A DNA stretch of 64,000 nt from Azolla caroliniana (taxonomy: Eukaryota > Plantae > Polypodiophyta), in the NCBI GenBank assembly GCA_043228905.1, contig JBHGNT010000018.1, forward strand, positions 8,866,001 to 8,930,000, given 5' to 3'. The position numbers were made by a program, and so were the translations under genes. Each line of letters starts with the position of its first letter. Position 1 is the stretch's first letter. The notes below the pieces were generated by a model. The model was not told the origin of the DNA. It saw only the letters and a list, made by a program, of their open reading frames with translations, and ran no database searches. Shown here piece by piece: positions 24,401 to 38,863 of the stretch.

Positions 24401-25750
24401 AGGAGCATATGGTATGTAAGCTGAGAAAAAGTCATTACGGCAAGCACCAAGACAATGGTATAAAAGGTTTGACTCATTTATGGTGAGTCAAAATTACACC
24501 AAGACTAATGGAGATCATTGTGTGTATGTTAGTAATTTTTCTTAAGGTAATTTTATAATTCTCTTATTGTATGCCGATGATATGCTAATTGTAGGACAAG
24601 ATGTAGACAATATCCACAAGTTAAAGGTGGACCTATCTAAGTCCTTTCACATGAAAGATCTAGGACATGCTAAACATATTTTTGGCATGAAAATTACTCG
24701 CAATAGGGAATGTGGAAAGTTGTGGCTTTCTCAAGAAAAATACATAGAACGAGTATTAGAGAGGTTTAATATGCATAATGCAAAAAGTACCCCCATTGCT
24801 AACCATTTTAAATTATGTAGAAAAGATTGTCCACATACTGAGCAAGAGAAAGAAGACATGTCTTCAATTCCTTACTCTTTAGCGATTGGCTCGTTGATGT
24901 ATGCTATGACAAGGCCAAATATTGCCCATGTTGTTAGTATTGTAAGTAGATATCTCTCCAATCTGGGTAAGTATCATTAGGATGCCGTAAAATGGATTTT
25001 TCGATATTTAAGGGGTACATCAAAATTATGTCTATGTTTTGAAGATTCTAAACAAATCCTTGAAGGTTTGCCAGATGCAAATATGGCACGGGATCTTGAT
25101 GGGAGAAAATCTACTTCGGCTTACCTATTTACATTTGTAGGGGGAGCCGTATCATAGCAATCTAAGTTGCAAAACTGTGTTGCTTTATCTACAACAGAAG
25201 CAGGATATATTGCATCCACTGAAGCTGCCGAAGAGATGTTATAGTCGAAAATGTTTGTTTCAGATTTGGGTTTATGTCAGCTAACTTATGTAATCTTCTG
25301 TGACAGCCAAAGTGCAATAGATTTGAGCAAGAACTCGATGTACCATACTCGTACGAAACATGTTGATGTAAGGTATCATTGATTGCGCTCTACAACTCAA
25401 GAAAATTCACACAGATGAAAATGTTGTTGACATGTTGACGAAGGTACTCTCAAAAGAAAAGCTTGAGCAATGTGTCAAGCTTGTTGGAATGAACACAAAC
25501 TAAGTGCCTCAATAGAATCTTCTCCTATGTGGCCAGAGGGGGAGATTGTTAGGTTTTCTGTCCACATTCTTAGTATGTAAATGGGCCTTGGACACCCAAA
25601 TTTGTATATTTTAAATATACTGTGAAAATAGGTCACACAAGATGGAGTTACACATCTATACTCACATCTATACATTATTATATATGAATATGGGCATATA
25701 TGAGCTTTGTTAAGATTTTCATGAAAAAATCTTATGATAGAAAAGTAGGA
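21452..25750 (+). mobile_element. Degenerate Ty1/copia LTR retrotransposon (Tnt1/Tork-like), both LTRs truncated
   Basis: 5' LTR remnant ends ...ATCA at 21738; Met-i PBS variant TGATATCAGAGCC at 21741. Gag from 21772 with zinc knuckle CHFCDKTGHLKRYC; protease WVVDSGAS; integrase (LHSNVCG, FIDDYS); RT (YADDML); RNase H. PPT AGAGGGGGAGA at 25535; 3' LTR starts TGTTAGG at 25547. Many stops and frameshifts. Confidence 0.93.
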
Positions 25751-25769
25751 TTCCATTCACTTGAGTCAA

Positions 25770-26060
25770 TTGCACCACTAACTTGCTAAACGCTCTACAC
25801 TACCTCTGTTAACACCATTTCTAATTCATCGAGTTTGCCCCATACCAACACCTCTATTTCATGTACTAACTCTCCTTGCATTTCCACCACCAACTCTTCT
25901 TCTTGTGCTCTTCTAATTTCACTTTCTAATGTTTTGCTCACCAATAATGAAGATGTTTTTTTAATGCAATGCCAGGAAATGAGATTGTGAGTGACGAAAG
26001 AATGGGCAAAATTTTGATAAAATGTGATCAATGTCATGGTATTCAATTAGAGGGAGATAT
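25770..26060 (-). mobile_element. Short LINE-like ORF2 fragment
   Basis: ORF 25795-26046 (ISWHCIKK...EIRRAQEEELVVEMQ) resembles the linker upstream of plant L1 RT; weak similarity, judged by eye. Confidence 0.4.
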
Positions 26061-26191
26061 ATTTAGCTTAGAGTTTAATGACATTGTCATTTTCTGATTG
26101 ACCATTTCAAAATGAATATGGATGACCTAGGTTTAAACCTTGATCATTATGACAAGTAGTTCTACCAAGTGACATTTTCCTCTTATTGCCC

Positions 26192-28880
26192 TTTTTTTTT
26201 CAATAAGATTTCCTTCATTAGTATTAAGAAAAGTGCTTGAGGGCTACAAAAATGTAAATCAGAGAGTATTATATACAAAAGAAATGCTCAGGGCAAGGAC
26301 CAAGGGTATTGATATCTCCATAACGATCCTTTAGAGGAAACTGTGAACAAAGGTAATTTCCTCCATAATTGCAATAATTTTTTCATTTTCTTCAAAACAA
26401 CCTCCGAAGAGCCTGGCATATTGTCATATTGCCCTACACAACCGCCAATAAGCTCCCCCATCATTCCGGCAATATATCTAAGAGAAGAGGAATTATGGAC
26501 CCATATCATCTTTTACAACGATACTTCCATAATATCCATAATGGAACCGTAGGTACTGTTTTCCATACATGGGTTGCACGCATTTGCTTACGAGGTTGTT
26601 GAAAAAGGGAGATAGTAATGAGATGTATGTTGATGACTGTCATAGCCTCCGAAGCATCATCTGTTTCATTCAACAGGAGATTGGAATGGAGAACCCCCCA
26701 TACCGCTGATCCCCAAGAGTAGATGTAGCCTGCATTAATTGTCAGGAATAAAGAGAACTTTATTCCATACCGGTTGGTCTATTGAGCACGACCAGAGATC
26801 CTGCTTGATAGTTTCCTGTATGTCATCGCAATAATAACATTGTCTAAGACTAGTTGCCACATCTCCTTTCAATGACTGACCTACTAGTAGGGCTACATGT
26901 AGTAAAAGCCATCTGAAGTGAATATATTTGGTTGGTCCCTTGAAAGACCAAATCCATGTCCAATATGCCTTCAAATCAATGCTTGAAACACCCAACTTAT
27001 TCCAGTGCATTTGAGCTACATGAGTTGGAATATTCTTAGACATGAGTAAGGTTCTGACCAATTTCACATTGTACTGGAAGAATGGAACTTTCTGCAATAG
27101 ATCCATGATGGGATTGGTCCAAAACCATTCCCATGGGTCCCACATCAGCCTACTAACTAGTTGTCGTGCATATAACCAGAGCATATCCCACAATTGAGCT
27201 ATTGACAGTTGTGGATCCAATAGCCATTTCTTACTAGATTTGGCAATCACCCTAACTGGCACAGTGAGCAGGTTCTATAATAAATTATTTGAGGGTGTAT
27301 AAGGTTGTAATTTATTGTCCTGTTGAATATGGAAATAAAAAATACATCCGTCTGCAGAAATTCCTTTAACATAAAGCATCATGCCATTCATAAGGCATCC
27401 AAACCACATATGTTCCTGCATTGATTGAAGGCGCGTCAATGATTGTGAGAAAGCCGCTAAGATTTCCGTTGTCATTGTTTTTGCCCCATATACCGAGTGC
27501 AACTGCTTAAGTCGATCCACTTCTGGCATCTGCTGAAATTGAATCTAGGATCTCACTGATGTTGTTGGCCCATTGTCAAGTTTTCCACAGGCAAGACAAG
27601 TCCTAAGGCCCAATACATTTCCAACAGAATCCCGGACGAGAGAATTAGCTAATAGCGGTTAATTCATCCAACCATCCCACGTGTTAGGCATCTGTTTATG
27701 TAAGAAAATCTTGATTGCATCCCATGCTCTGACGATTCCCTAGAGAAATCTATTGGATGTCAGATTTCATCTAGGTGTTTGTGCCTCTGTCAAGAACATT
27801 CATTTCAAAGAAGGCAACTAGTTGCCTCCCGTGTTGGGAGATAATTGGATTAGTTGATTAAGTAGCATACCCTTCCTTGGTAATAGTCCTCTGACTACAA
27901 ACTTTGTCAGGAGAGCTCGAGATTGCATCAAGGGATCTATTAAAGCCAACCCTCCTTGACTTTTGGGCCTAATCAAAACTTCCCATGCTACCTTAGCCGC
28001 AAACTCAGCATCAAGAACTATCGTGTTTGCAATAAGTAAGGTTATTGCTTGGATGGCCACCATCGAGGATCTGAGAAACGATGATAGAGCTTCCCCAAAT
28101 CGAATGAAAAGAAAAGGTGCTAACAGACAACCTTGTCTAATAGATCTGGAAATTGGAAATAATTTACATCACATCGAGCATCTGATTTTGAAATTCATGT
28201 ATATGATTCCTTCCGTCCATTCATCGGGCATATGCCCTGCTGAGAAGATTAAATTAACTACTCTAATAAGAGTAGGCCCCATCAAGTCCCAATAATGCAA
28301 ATAAAATACCACTCCTATGGCATCCTTTCTAGGACACACATTTTTTCCTAGGGATTTAGCTGTTGTCCAGACTTCAGTGTTTGTAAATGGTTGAAACAAT
28401 TGAGAAGCCATTTCATGAGTGACCTTTTGTTGTACTGTTTCTAGTACAAGGTGTCGCTTATTAATATCCTCCTCTGAGAAGGACTTAGCAGATAACAACT
28501 TATGATAATATGTCGTAGTTATGTCCCACATCTCAGAATCATCCGTTGTATAAGAACCATCTTGACGTTTTAGGGATTTCATAGATAGTGGTTTATACTT
28601 CTATTTAAACTGGCTAAAAAAGCTCTCTGTTAACCCTATCCTATTTTTGTGACTAGGAAGCTGTATTACGCTGGTAGAAATACAAGGCTCTCACGTTTTG
28701 CTTTTCTTTTAAATTGCTTTTTACCTGTTGTAAATCTGAGAGTAACATAGGTGAGGTTGGAAATTTTTCCAATAACTTTTGCATGGCAACCAATGCCCGA
28801 CGTAAATGACCTTGGATAGTTCTTCTTATGTTTTTCTTATCTAATGACCTTTGATAAAAAGTAGTAGAAGTTCTCATCAT
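26192..28880 (-). mobile_element. 5'-truncated, internally deleted L1-type LINE
   Basis: Fragments in ORF2 order: SLKRQDG...KNVCPRKDAIGVVFYLHYWD (pre-RT), AKVAW..PKSQGGL, zf-RVT-like WLLLHVAL..C..C..ETIKQDLWSC; T-run at about 26192-26200 read as the poly(A) tail. Confidence 0.85.
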
Positions 28881-29948
28881 CAAATCATGTGTTTATGACA
28901 TTTAAATATTACAACAATGGGGGTAATGTGAACTCACATAATAGGAGTGCAAAACCCCATACATCAATAACAAGTGGCAAAGCTCATGTTTGCATGTAGT
29001 TCGACAACTATATGAGCGATATCTAATGTGACGAAAGACAAACTCCATCATCTAATGCAAGAATGCAAGTGCAAGTTGAATTGAAGGGGAGTCATAAAAC
29101 ATTCTGGTTTAAGGTTTCATGGAATGTTTCATCCTTCAAAAAAAAATCACGATGAAAATATAACCTTGTACCAGTGTCATCGAACAAGCAAGCATAGTTG
29201 ATGCCCAATACGGCTTTACTAAGTACAGCTCTAGACTTCATTGATCCACGACACAAGATCTGGAGAAGATCCAGCATCAGACACAAGGATACAAAAGCAC
29301 CCATTGACCCTTGCTTATGCTTTACTACAGGAACAATTTAGGAGGCAAAAACTGCAAACATAGACCAAGATGGAAAAAGAAAGATTGAACCATGTTCTAG
29401 AAATTGTTAAATACTTCATTGTAAAGCAATCCTGGCAGGAGACAATTCACTAATAATACAAGTTGTTTGATGATGCTTATTAGTGTTAAAATACCTCAGC
29501 AGGTAGCTAACACCTTTGACACCAATGGAATATTTGAAGTCAACTGTGCTAACACATTTTGAAGTTGTTGCAAAGGGTTATATTCACTAATAGAGTGTGG
29601 GTTGAGATCTATACAAAATGGTACTCATTGCCAAAAAAGCTCAAGCAAAACATTTGAGAGACTTCAAGAGTTTGGGATATTGTCAAAGTGATAATGAGAT
29701 ATTTTCCTGATGCCCAGGATTGTACTGCACTGTTGAATCTGCATATGACTTGCATGTGTTCCTCCAAATGCACTAGTTTTCTCATGGATCATGAAAGAAT
29801 TCGGCAACCTAAGAGGCATTAACAGAAGTCATCAAGTTTAGGATCTTATTACAACATGATTTTAGATGCTATCAAGATTGAGAATCAGCATATTGTAATA
29901 CACATACCTTCACATCTCCCCCACCACAATTGATTGAAAATAACTAGT

Positions 29949-32900
29949 TTATTTTGAATCAGACACAACTGGTGGCTCAAATTCTTGGCTTTTTTCACTT
30001 TGCTTCACCTTTATTTTATTATATGCTACTACCCCAGCAATGGCTAAAATAACAATTTCCATCAATATGAGATGTTAGTGCAGTTCAACAGGTTTCATTC
30101 AATTTTCAAAAGCATTATATAACAATTAATTAATGATTAATGATACAAATTCTAGGTATAGTGATTTCAGCTTAACCTATGCCATATCCAACGATGTTGA
30201 TTACAGTAAGTTTTACATCAGTGAATATTAGGGTAGAGACAAGTACAACGACCCAATCCTTCACAACTCCAGCCACACGGATTGTTACCGCACTGGTGTG
30301 AGAGATAACAAGGACAACTGAAACATTTAATGCAAAGGTGCATAGAGCATTGAGACAAAGAATCCATGGATTGATGCCCCAAGAATCCTCAGTCAGATCC
30401 ATTTTCGGCTTTTCAAGGAATATCCATGGTATGAACAAACAAATAGCACTGCAATACATATTCATGACAGTGCATTAATATAAATCTTTAAGAAAAAACG
30501 GAACAGAAATTTGTCAAGAATGTCATTCTTTTTTAAACTGTTTTTCCCAGAATGCAACACCTTTCTAGGTTCTTTGTCAAAATCCAACACTTTTTCGCTT
30601 AATTAATTCTAAAACACAAGAATGGAACACCTTAATAATGCAACTTTCTAATTAAGTAGTAAACCAAGAAGATCTGGGCATTAATTATTTTTTCCTAAGT
30701 GAAGTATTGTGCCACTACTTAATTCACACTGATCATAGCATGTCACTAACTAAGGAAGTGTCATGCGCTTAATCCATATTGAATAATTTGTTGCACATTG
30801 GTTGCTTAATAACTTGACCAAGAAAAAAGTGAAGCTTTTTGACAAACACTAAATGTGCAGCATTTTAGCAAATACACACAGAAAGAACGGGCATTACCAC
30901 AAAGTTTCCCCTTTAAAGAATGTTATGATGCATTTTATAAAACCTTCACTTACCTGAAAGGGCTAATATAATACATCATGGTAAGAGGGTTGAAGTTGAG
31001 ACCCTTTTTCTTAAGAAGGATCTCTATGCATATGAGTCGTGCTGCTTCACCAATAACACCACCGAACTGATATACAACTCCAATCCAATTGAAATCAATC
31101 TCTCCATAGGAAGCTACAACAACACCTAAGCTAATGATAGACATTATAGAAAGCATCCGTAGGTTCAGCTTCTCTAGTCCAACCATTGTTCCAATGAGAA
31201 ACACGGCGACGGGCACTAGGGAAATGAAAAACACCAAATGATGGAAAGAAAGACTTAGAAAAACTTTGAGAGAAAGATGAATGACATTTGACGCATGTGA
31301 ACACAAATGTTCTACAATTCTTACTCACGGCCTTAAGCATTTGTGCAAATGCAACCGAAATGTAGAGATACGCTGTATTGCCGAGCCACAAAGTCATTGC
31401 AAACAATGCTCCAATGGGAAACACTGATGTAGCATAGCTATAGGAAAAACAGCAAAGAAAAATATCCTTGAAGATCATGTTGATAGCTTAAATTGGAGAA
31501 AAAACTAACATCAAATCAGGTACAAAAAGTCCTTTGTAAACCAAATGTCATTCACAAAGTGAAAAATGCAAACATTTGAGATTTAGTTTGAGATCAGTTG
31601 AAAAATAGGAGGATTTTTATCTTGGGTGGAACATCATTCTCTAAATCATGTGCGAAATCAACACTCTTTGAGTTCAAGTGTAAGGAAAGAGTACATTCAA
31701 GAGTTTGTTTGAGGTTAGTTATATGAGGATTTTGTGAGTTTGTTTGAGGTTACTTACATGAGGATTTTGACTTTGCCTAGAAAACCATGCCCTTTGGTCA
31801 TGTCTGAATCAACACTCTTTGATGTTTAGTATAAGGGGTGAAAAAAAAAATTTGAAATACTACCCCTGAGTTTTCCTTTATTTCAACAATGCCCGTAACT
31901 TTCCCTTATGAAACAGATACTAACCTTTGACCATGTCTGAATGATCAAATTCAATGATTTTAGTATTAAGGGGGGAAAAACTAAACTCCAAAATACCACC
32001 CCTAAGCTTTTCTTTTTATCCACAAATGCACGTAAATTTTTGCTATTTCTCCCAGCCACAACTAATCATAATTACGGGTGCTTGGTTTCTTCTGTAGTAA
32101 AAGTCTTTAAGAAATGAGCAACACAAAGAAACCAAATAATCTCACAAAAGAATAGCTTACATGTCTAATGTTACTTTCTGTTCCAATGGCACGACCTGCA
32201 GAAAATCATCGGAATGAGTTATGCCAAGTTTTTCCTTAATTATCCCCAAAATGCCCCTATGTTTTTGCTATTTCCCAATAAATGCCCTTAGTCAACAACC
32301 CCATCTCCCAGCACCCCTCCATTCGCTGTTGAACAACATTGTCAACCTGTTCCCATTTTTTGAGCTCTCTCATCTTGCACTCTGGTTGACAAGGAGCATT
32401 TGGCAGAATAACAAAAACTATTTCCATACAAATGCCATTGGTCCACAACCCCTTCTCCAAGCAACTATATGTGCTGCTTGAGCAACGATATCGTCAATCC
32501 ATCCCCATTATTATCTGCTCTCTTTCCCTATCTTCCGAGGGTCGATTGGGGGCATTCAGCGAAACGACAAAAACATGGGAGCAGCTCAGGAGAAAGTAAG
32601 GAAAACCCAATTGGTTTATGTTCTTGACTTTCTATCCTGAACTTTAATTTTTGATTCAAATGAAAATTGATTGTAAGGAAAAAGATTTTTATTTTTTTTT
32701 AAAAGCAAGAAACAAAGATCAATGAAATACCTTCAAAACTTTTACTACAAGGAAGCAGAGGACCGATGAGAACACCATGTGCAGAAGCGTCAGGGCCACA
32801 GGATATGGAAAATTAGGCTTTGCTGAGGAAAGGACCCACTGAAACAGAATAAATGTATAAAAGAAAATTGCATAGAGAAATCACACGGATGAAGAAAAGA

Positions 32901-32997
32901 AGAAAGAATATCTGGTCACCTTGTTGAAGAAGATCTGGCCACTCGAGAGAATAATGTACATGAGGATGTATGCATATGTGAGGAGGAGCTTCGCCAT
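29949..32997 (-). CDS. Nucleotide-sugar/sugar-phosphate translocator (TPT family, At3g14410-like), 7 exons
   Basis: Exons 32997-32920, 32838-32731, 32195-32161, 31437-31325, 31215-30954, 30448-30177, 30043-29949, all GT-AG and in phase. Protein MAKLLLTYAYILMYIILSSGQIFFNKWVLS...NFPYP..TLWLGNTAYLYISVAFAQMLKA..TIRVAGVVKDW..GVVAYN. Confidence 0.94.
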
Positions 32998-33356
32998 GGC
33001 TCAAAAACCACCAGAGGAAGATGAAGAAACACAGAGAAGATGATTAGTTAACAAGCTTGGAACGCCATATCCATGGAGGAGAGAACGTTGCAGATCTGAT
33101 CAAATTTCATAGCATCGGCTCAGCTGATTTCCTAGTGCCCACACAGTAATACAATATTTACAAAATTACCAAAATACCCCTCTTCTGGATTTCACGAAAT
33201 TCCCCATATAACCCTGCTTGTTTCCTCTCTCACACATATTTTTTAGAGAGAAATGGTCATATATTTATTATTGAAGAAAGTTTTCTTTGTTTTGAGGGGG
33301 GGGGGGAAGGGCACACAGATTGTTGAGGAATTTCCCGAAAATGGTAATATTTTTGT

Positions 33357-33848
33357 AAAAATTGTCCTCTTTCCAACTACTTGTTTAAGTCCAATATGGA
33401 CAAAGGTTGACAATTCATGTTTCCAGTCCCATATGGACAAAGATTGACAACTCATGTTTACAAATCATAAACCGACGAAGGAACTTCACAATGTCAAATG
33501 TGGAACAATCTACATTTGTTAATGAGTGATTGAAACAAACTTGATGGCAATTGCATTCTTTCTCCTACATGTATTCATTGTTATGAACCAAACATTGGTA
33601 CTCAAATGAATCAATCTATGTTTATGAATGGAATAGCAAAACCATGGACAAACACACAATCATTTCACTTCGCAATTTCCTACACTTCATGCTTCATCGC
33701 AAAAATTGTCCTCTTTCTGAGCACTTGTTGAAGTCCCATATGGACAAACAGACAACTCATGTTTATGAAGCATAAACTGAAGAAGGAACTTCACAATGTA
33801 AAATGTGGAACAATTTGCATTTGTTAAGAGTGATTGAAACAAACTTGA
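33357..33848. repeat. Imperfect direct duplication (about 33357-33545 and 33701-33848) upstream of the translocator gene
   Basis: Shared AAAATTGTCCTCTTTC...GTCCCATATGGACAAA...GAAGGAACTTCACAATGT.AAATGTGGAACAAT...GAGTGATTGAAACAAACTTGAT. Confidence 0.8.
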
Positions 33849-34703
33849 TCACTTTCATCATCGTAACATCTACCTTTATGATGAGGGAAGCTATCATGAT
33901 ACATGGGCAATTCACAATATTGGTTAGTTTCAACAAAGCTATACTAGCATTGGATTTCCTAAAATTACTAGTTTCAATCATTGAATATATTCATGACCAT
34001 TTGTCATGCTTTTGATGATCATCTTGAAGGTGGAAGAGCATGTGAATTTATTGAGATCATTGCATCTTCAACTTCTCTTGTTCATTATCACAATTACATC
34101 AGCTTGTTAAAAGGTCATATGGTGGAAAAGTGAATTTACTGACATCATGGAATGTTTCTTCATCGTTTTACTATGTTTACAACAATGTTGCTTCAAATGA
34201 TATTGCATAATAATCAGAGGATCACAAGATCTTAACTGAACAGCTACCATTACATGACTATCATCTAGATGTAGTAAGTGTTTTAACTCTGTGAACTTGC
34301 CAAAAATCTTCATTTCATGTCTAATAAATAAATACTACCACTAAGATATCATTGTGTAGCAAGGAAACCAATAATCCTTTCAAAAACAAAAACAACTTTC
34401 ATAGCCAATTCTCACATCTGAGGCATACATGGCACCTCCTAGATGTGCTCCTAAATGCAAAACATACATTTACATACAAAGGGGGTGGGAGTGTGGATGA
34501 TTCATTGTAGCAACGTATATATGTACAGATGTTTTTCAATATAGCAGCTATTGAGGGTATAGAAGCATCATATTGGGGGTTTAGAAGCTAAACCTCGATG
34601 GCATGTATATTTGAGGGGCAGATTTCAACCCCTCGTAAGTAACATAAAAGCACCCCTATATTGCTTATGCGATTATGGTACTTATGCTAGCTCGCAAGAT
34701 TCT

Positions 34704-37700
34704 CTACCGACAAGCACTCACAGGTGACTGATGGTATAGTTGATGGCACATGAAAGCAAGCCTCTTCTCTTCAAAAGAATACTCTTGTGGTGGTCTACTA
34801 TGCATTTGTTGTGGCATAGACAATGCAGCTTGTTGTGGATAGGTACTTGTTATTGTTGTTGGTATTGTTGAAGGCATAGATACTTGTTGAGAACTAGTTT
34901 GTTTTGGTGGGGTTGCGTTTTCTTCATCTTCTTCGGATAATCGGCTTAACGGAGGTTGAGCAGATAATGAACTTTTCGGCATATTTATTGCAGCATGAAC
35001 CTCTGTATTGTTTACATTTGGTCGGAAACTGTGGGCTGATACTGGGGACAGTGGTGTACGAGTAAGAGCATTCATAGCCGGGCGAGGGTTGATCTCTTGC
35101 CCTAATGGATGCTTCACATTCGACACACCTACATAAACACATGTAGAGCATTTGATTGAGATAAGAAATTGAAGTGAAGCAAAATAGGAAACAGAAACAT
35201 GCTTAGTCCTAATATGTTGCTTACCTTGGTGTGGAAATTTACCTTCATCATATAGAATCACTCGGTTAACTAAGGTCAATGGTGTTTGGGTCATTCTCCT
35301 GTTATCCTTGCTTGCTATTGTTCTTGTTGGAGTTAGTATGTTATGGCGTCCGATGGACGGAGATTCTTGGAATAACATAGCACCACCCATTGAGATCCGG
35401 CGACTTGCCGGTGTGGTGTTCATTCTGGAGGGATTCACTCCTTTCTTCAAGGGTGTCCTCCCATTCGGACTTGACCTTGACCCGAAGAGGGTCTCTTGCT
35501 CATTAACAAGCTGCTCATGAAGCTTTTTCTGATCCTGTATGCAACATCAACATATACATTGGATTACATCAACATCAAGTTTGATATTACATGAACTAGG
35601 TTAGTAGCATCAACATTCATTGTTTATACATGAATTAACACCCACATCAATGGACTTTCACATCCCATTGCATATACATGAACTAATGTCCACCATCCAG
35701 TCTGATATACAATCACTACCATCAAACATCCCATACAGTACATCATGAACTGACATCAACATCCAATTGATTATATGTGAGCTAGAATCAATAGGAAAAA
35801 GAAGATAAGGCATACCCGTTGTCGGCGTCTCTCCTCTTCCTTCTCCATCCTCAGTATATTGTACTCTTCTATTGTTGAGAGAAGTCTTACCTGATGGAAG
35901 AAATTCAAGGTTTTAAAAATTGTTTACATCAGAGATTCAGATGAGACTAGTTTCAGCCATTTTCGTCCTATTAACCTGGAGTAGATATATCAATTTCTAA
36001 ACAGCCAAATAAGCCAATCTCTTTTAAAGATGTCCACATACCCCATCATACATAAATGGCTTTGTGGCCTCTTCTTCCCATGCTGTAGTTCTTGCAATAA
36101 GGGCCTCCACCATTGCTGTTTCAATAAGGATAAGATTACTGACCTATAATTTCCATTTGTTTTGCTTTTTCATGGAATCAATCCACAAGATAGTTTACCT
36201 GGGATCTTGTTGACAGTTGCACGAGCACGCTCCGCATGCTTCAAATTCAAATGTGCTCCTCTTGTTGCACTATACCTGTTTTCATCCTATCAATAGAGAT
36301 ATATGCATACTCCTATTAGTTCATATTACACTCAAAGAAGACAAGAAATATATCAGGGCTTCATTCCCACTTCATACACATTCCTATTTACCTTATTATA
36401 TTCCTCTAGCCAACTTTCTTCTTCACAAGCTGCAATCCATTTTTCAACCTTGTCCATTATTTCTTTCCTGCTAAAAGCTTCTTCTTTGATGCACCCAATT
36501 TGTTCTTCAATGGTTGCAAGGAGTTCCGCTGGATCTACCATCCCTAAGAAAGAATATTTTCAGCATCCTTAATCCATCAGCAAACTATTGATAACTAAGG
36601 GATAAACATGTCCATAAGAGAACTATCAATAAAAACACAATTTTACCAGTCCTACCTGATTCCATAGATGCAATGGTCTTGTCTAGAACCATATAGTTCT
36701 CTGGGATTATGTGCGCTTTTCTACATAGCTCTTCCATCTCATTACGCTTCTTAAGAACAAGCTCCTTCATCTTGCTAGCTTTTAAACTCTCCAGCCTTTC
36801 AACTTCTAGTTCAGCCTACATACGAAATAAAGACAAAAAGGTAAGTGACAGTCTGATCAACACAAGTCAAATAGACAAAATTTACTTGAGAGCAAGGGAT
36901 CACCGGTTCAATTACAGACAGCGAAAGAGTCCCTTGTCCAACAATTTCATGCTCAGAAACTGCAATATTACAGGTCACGTGGCGGAACTGATGTTGCTCT
37001 TCTAAAGGTGTATCCATTAAGTTCCAAAGCTCAAGTAAAGACGTGCCCAGGTCTTGGATCTAATAAATTGTAATACAAAATCAATGTGTAAATGTGAATA
37101 GGGAGTTACGATACAATAACCTATCGAGTTCCTGAGAAATCGAGAAAAAAATTTGAACTATCACCTTTTGCATTCTTCGCCTCTTCTCATCTGTCAGTGA
37201 TTGTATAGTGCTTACTAACTTGCTTATGGTTTCATTGCTAATGCTTTTGACTTGGGTGCTGGAAGAATCATCTAGCGTTGGATGCACTTCCCTAATTGTT
37301 AAATAGAAATCACATCCAAGTACTGCACAAATATCGTGGATGGTGTCCACATAATCAATGACCTTGAAGAGTCGATCATTCTGATACATCGCACTTCCCA
37401 CTACGTAAGTTCATACTTTACATACATTGCTTTCTTGCCATGATCTTCTATGAATAACACAACAAACCTTTTCCTTTTGTAGAAACTGAAGTTGTGATTG
37501 AAGCTCTTCAAGTTTCCTTTGACTCAAATCCTTCTCATTGATTGAAAGTTCCATTGGAGGAGTTGATGGGCATATCTCACACTGGATTCTTTGGATCTGG
37601 GAAATGACTTCTTGTAGCACCCTGATGCGATCTTCTTTCTTTCGAGTCATCTCATCTAAAATGGGCTTTAACTGTGCAAGTTGTTCCTTGAGCGTACAAC

Positions 37701-38863
37701 CCCTATTCTCCAACTAATAGAAATCATCCAATAGTTCAAAAATCAGATATGGCCCAAAAAAACTACCTCGAGAAGAGCAAAAGGAGAATTTACTTAAAAT
37801 TACAAAAACTGAAAGGAAAACCCCAATAGAAGAAACATGAGCAGCATTACAATAAATTTGGTGTTATAAGGAACATGAGGGTACAGACGGGTAACCTGTG
37901 AGACAGGCGGACGATCTCCAAGAGAGGAAGCAAGAGCCACGATCTGAGAGTGGATCTCTGCAATCCATTGATGTAAACTTGCTCGTGATCTGTTTGCATG
38001 ATCAACTTTGCGACGGTATACCTCTAGGCATTCTTGCTCAATCTCGAGGAGAAGTGCGTCCCGTTCATCATCATTCTCGCCCATCTCGTCCCAAATTAAC
38101 TGTCAAAATAGAATGAATATCACAATCAATTCCAGAAGGCCAAAACCAAAAGGATGTATCCTTTTTGTACATATACACAATCCTGGTTTCTGGATCTTGT
38201 TAGTATCATGAAGCTTTTCATTTCAAATGCGGACGATTGATGGGATGCCTTTGTCATGGTTTCAAGCAAAAACAAAATTTAGCTAATGAGACATGGGGAA
38301 TTCAACATGACCTTATATGACAATGCGAGCCATCATAATCTTATCTTTATCTGGTTATGAAAATATTCATCATGATCAACATGGTGGTTTCAAGGGCAGC
38401 ACATTTAAGCTCGTTGCATCATCATGGAAGAAGTCATCATGGTTTCATCAAGACAAACAGGTTTAACCCGCACAAATTTTTGCAATGATTTCGAGAAAAA
38501 TCATTTAAGTTCCCACCAGAACATAAATCACGTCTTTAAGCAAAAATCAATAGATTTCGAGCGAACAAAATAATAAGAAATCCACAGATTTAAATAGAAC
38601 AACACATATTCCGTCAGCGAAACAGTAATAAGGAAATAACTATGACATAAAAATCCACAGACTAAAAACAGACAAAGAAATCGATCATCTCCTCGCGTCA
38701 TGAGTAGAAATAACTAGTTAAATGGAATAATACGTACTCAAAATAAAATTTCATAGATTTAAAAGAAACAACGAAACCCTGAACTAACCTGTAATTCGTT
38801 AAGCAGCATCCCGCAAGTCGTCTCGACTTCAGAGAGTTGTTGCCTTCCTCGAAGTGTTGCCAT
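34704..38863 (-). CDS. MAP65: 65-kDa microtubule-associated protein, MAP65/Ase1/PRC1 family, MAP65-3/PLEIADE-like; 12 coding exons
   Basis: Exons 38863-38789, 38099-37896, 37713-37468, 37380-37165, 37059-36904, 36815-36656, 36543-36392, 36286-36199, 36115-36042, 35890-35816, 35534-35243, 35128-34704 (GT-AG). Motifs [49 protein letters not shown], and C-terminal [11 protein letters not shown]. Confidence 0.93.

Noticed and set aside
29092-29304. 70-aa minus-strand ORF downstream of the translocator
   Set aside because: No recognisable homology or supportable exon structure; probably 3' UTR or intergenic
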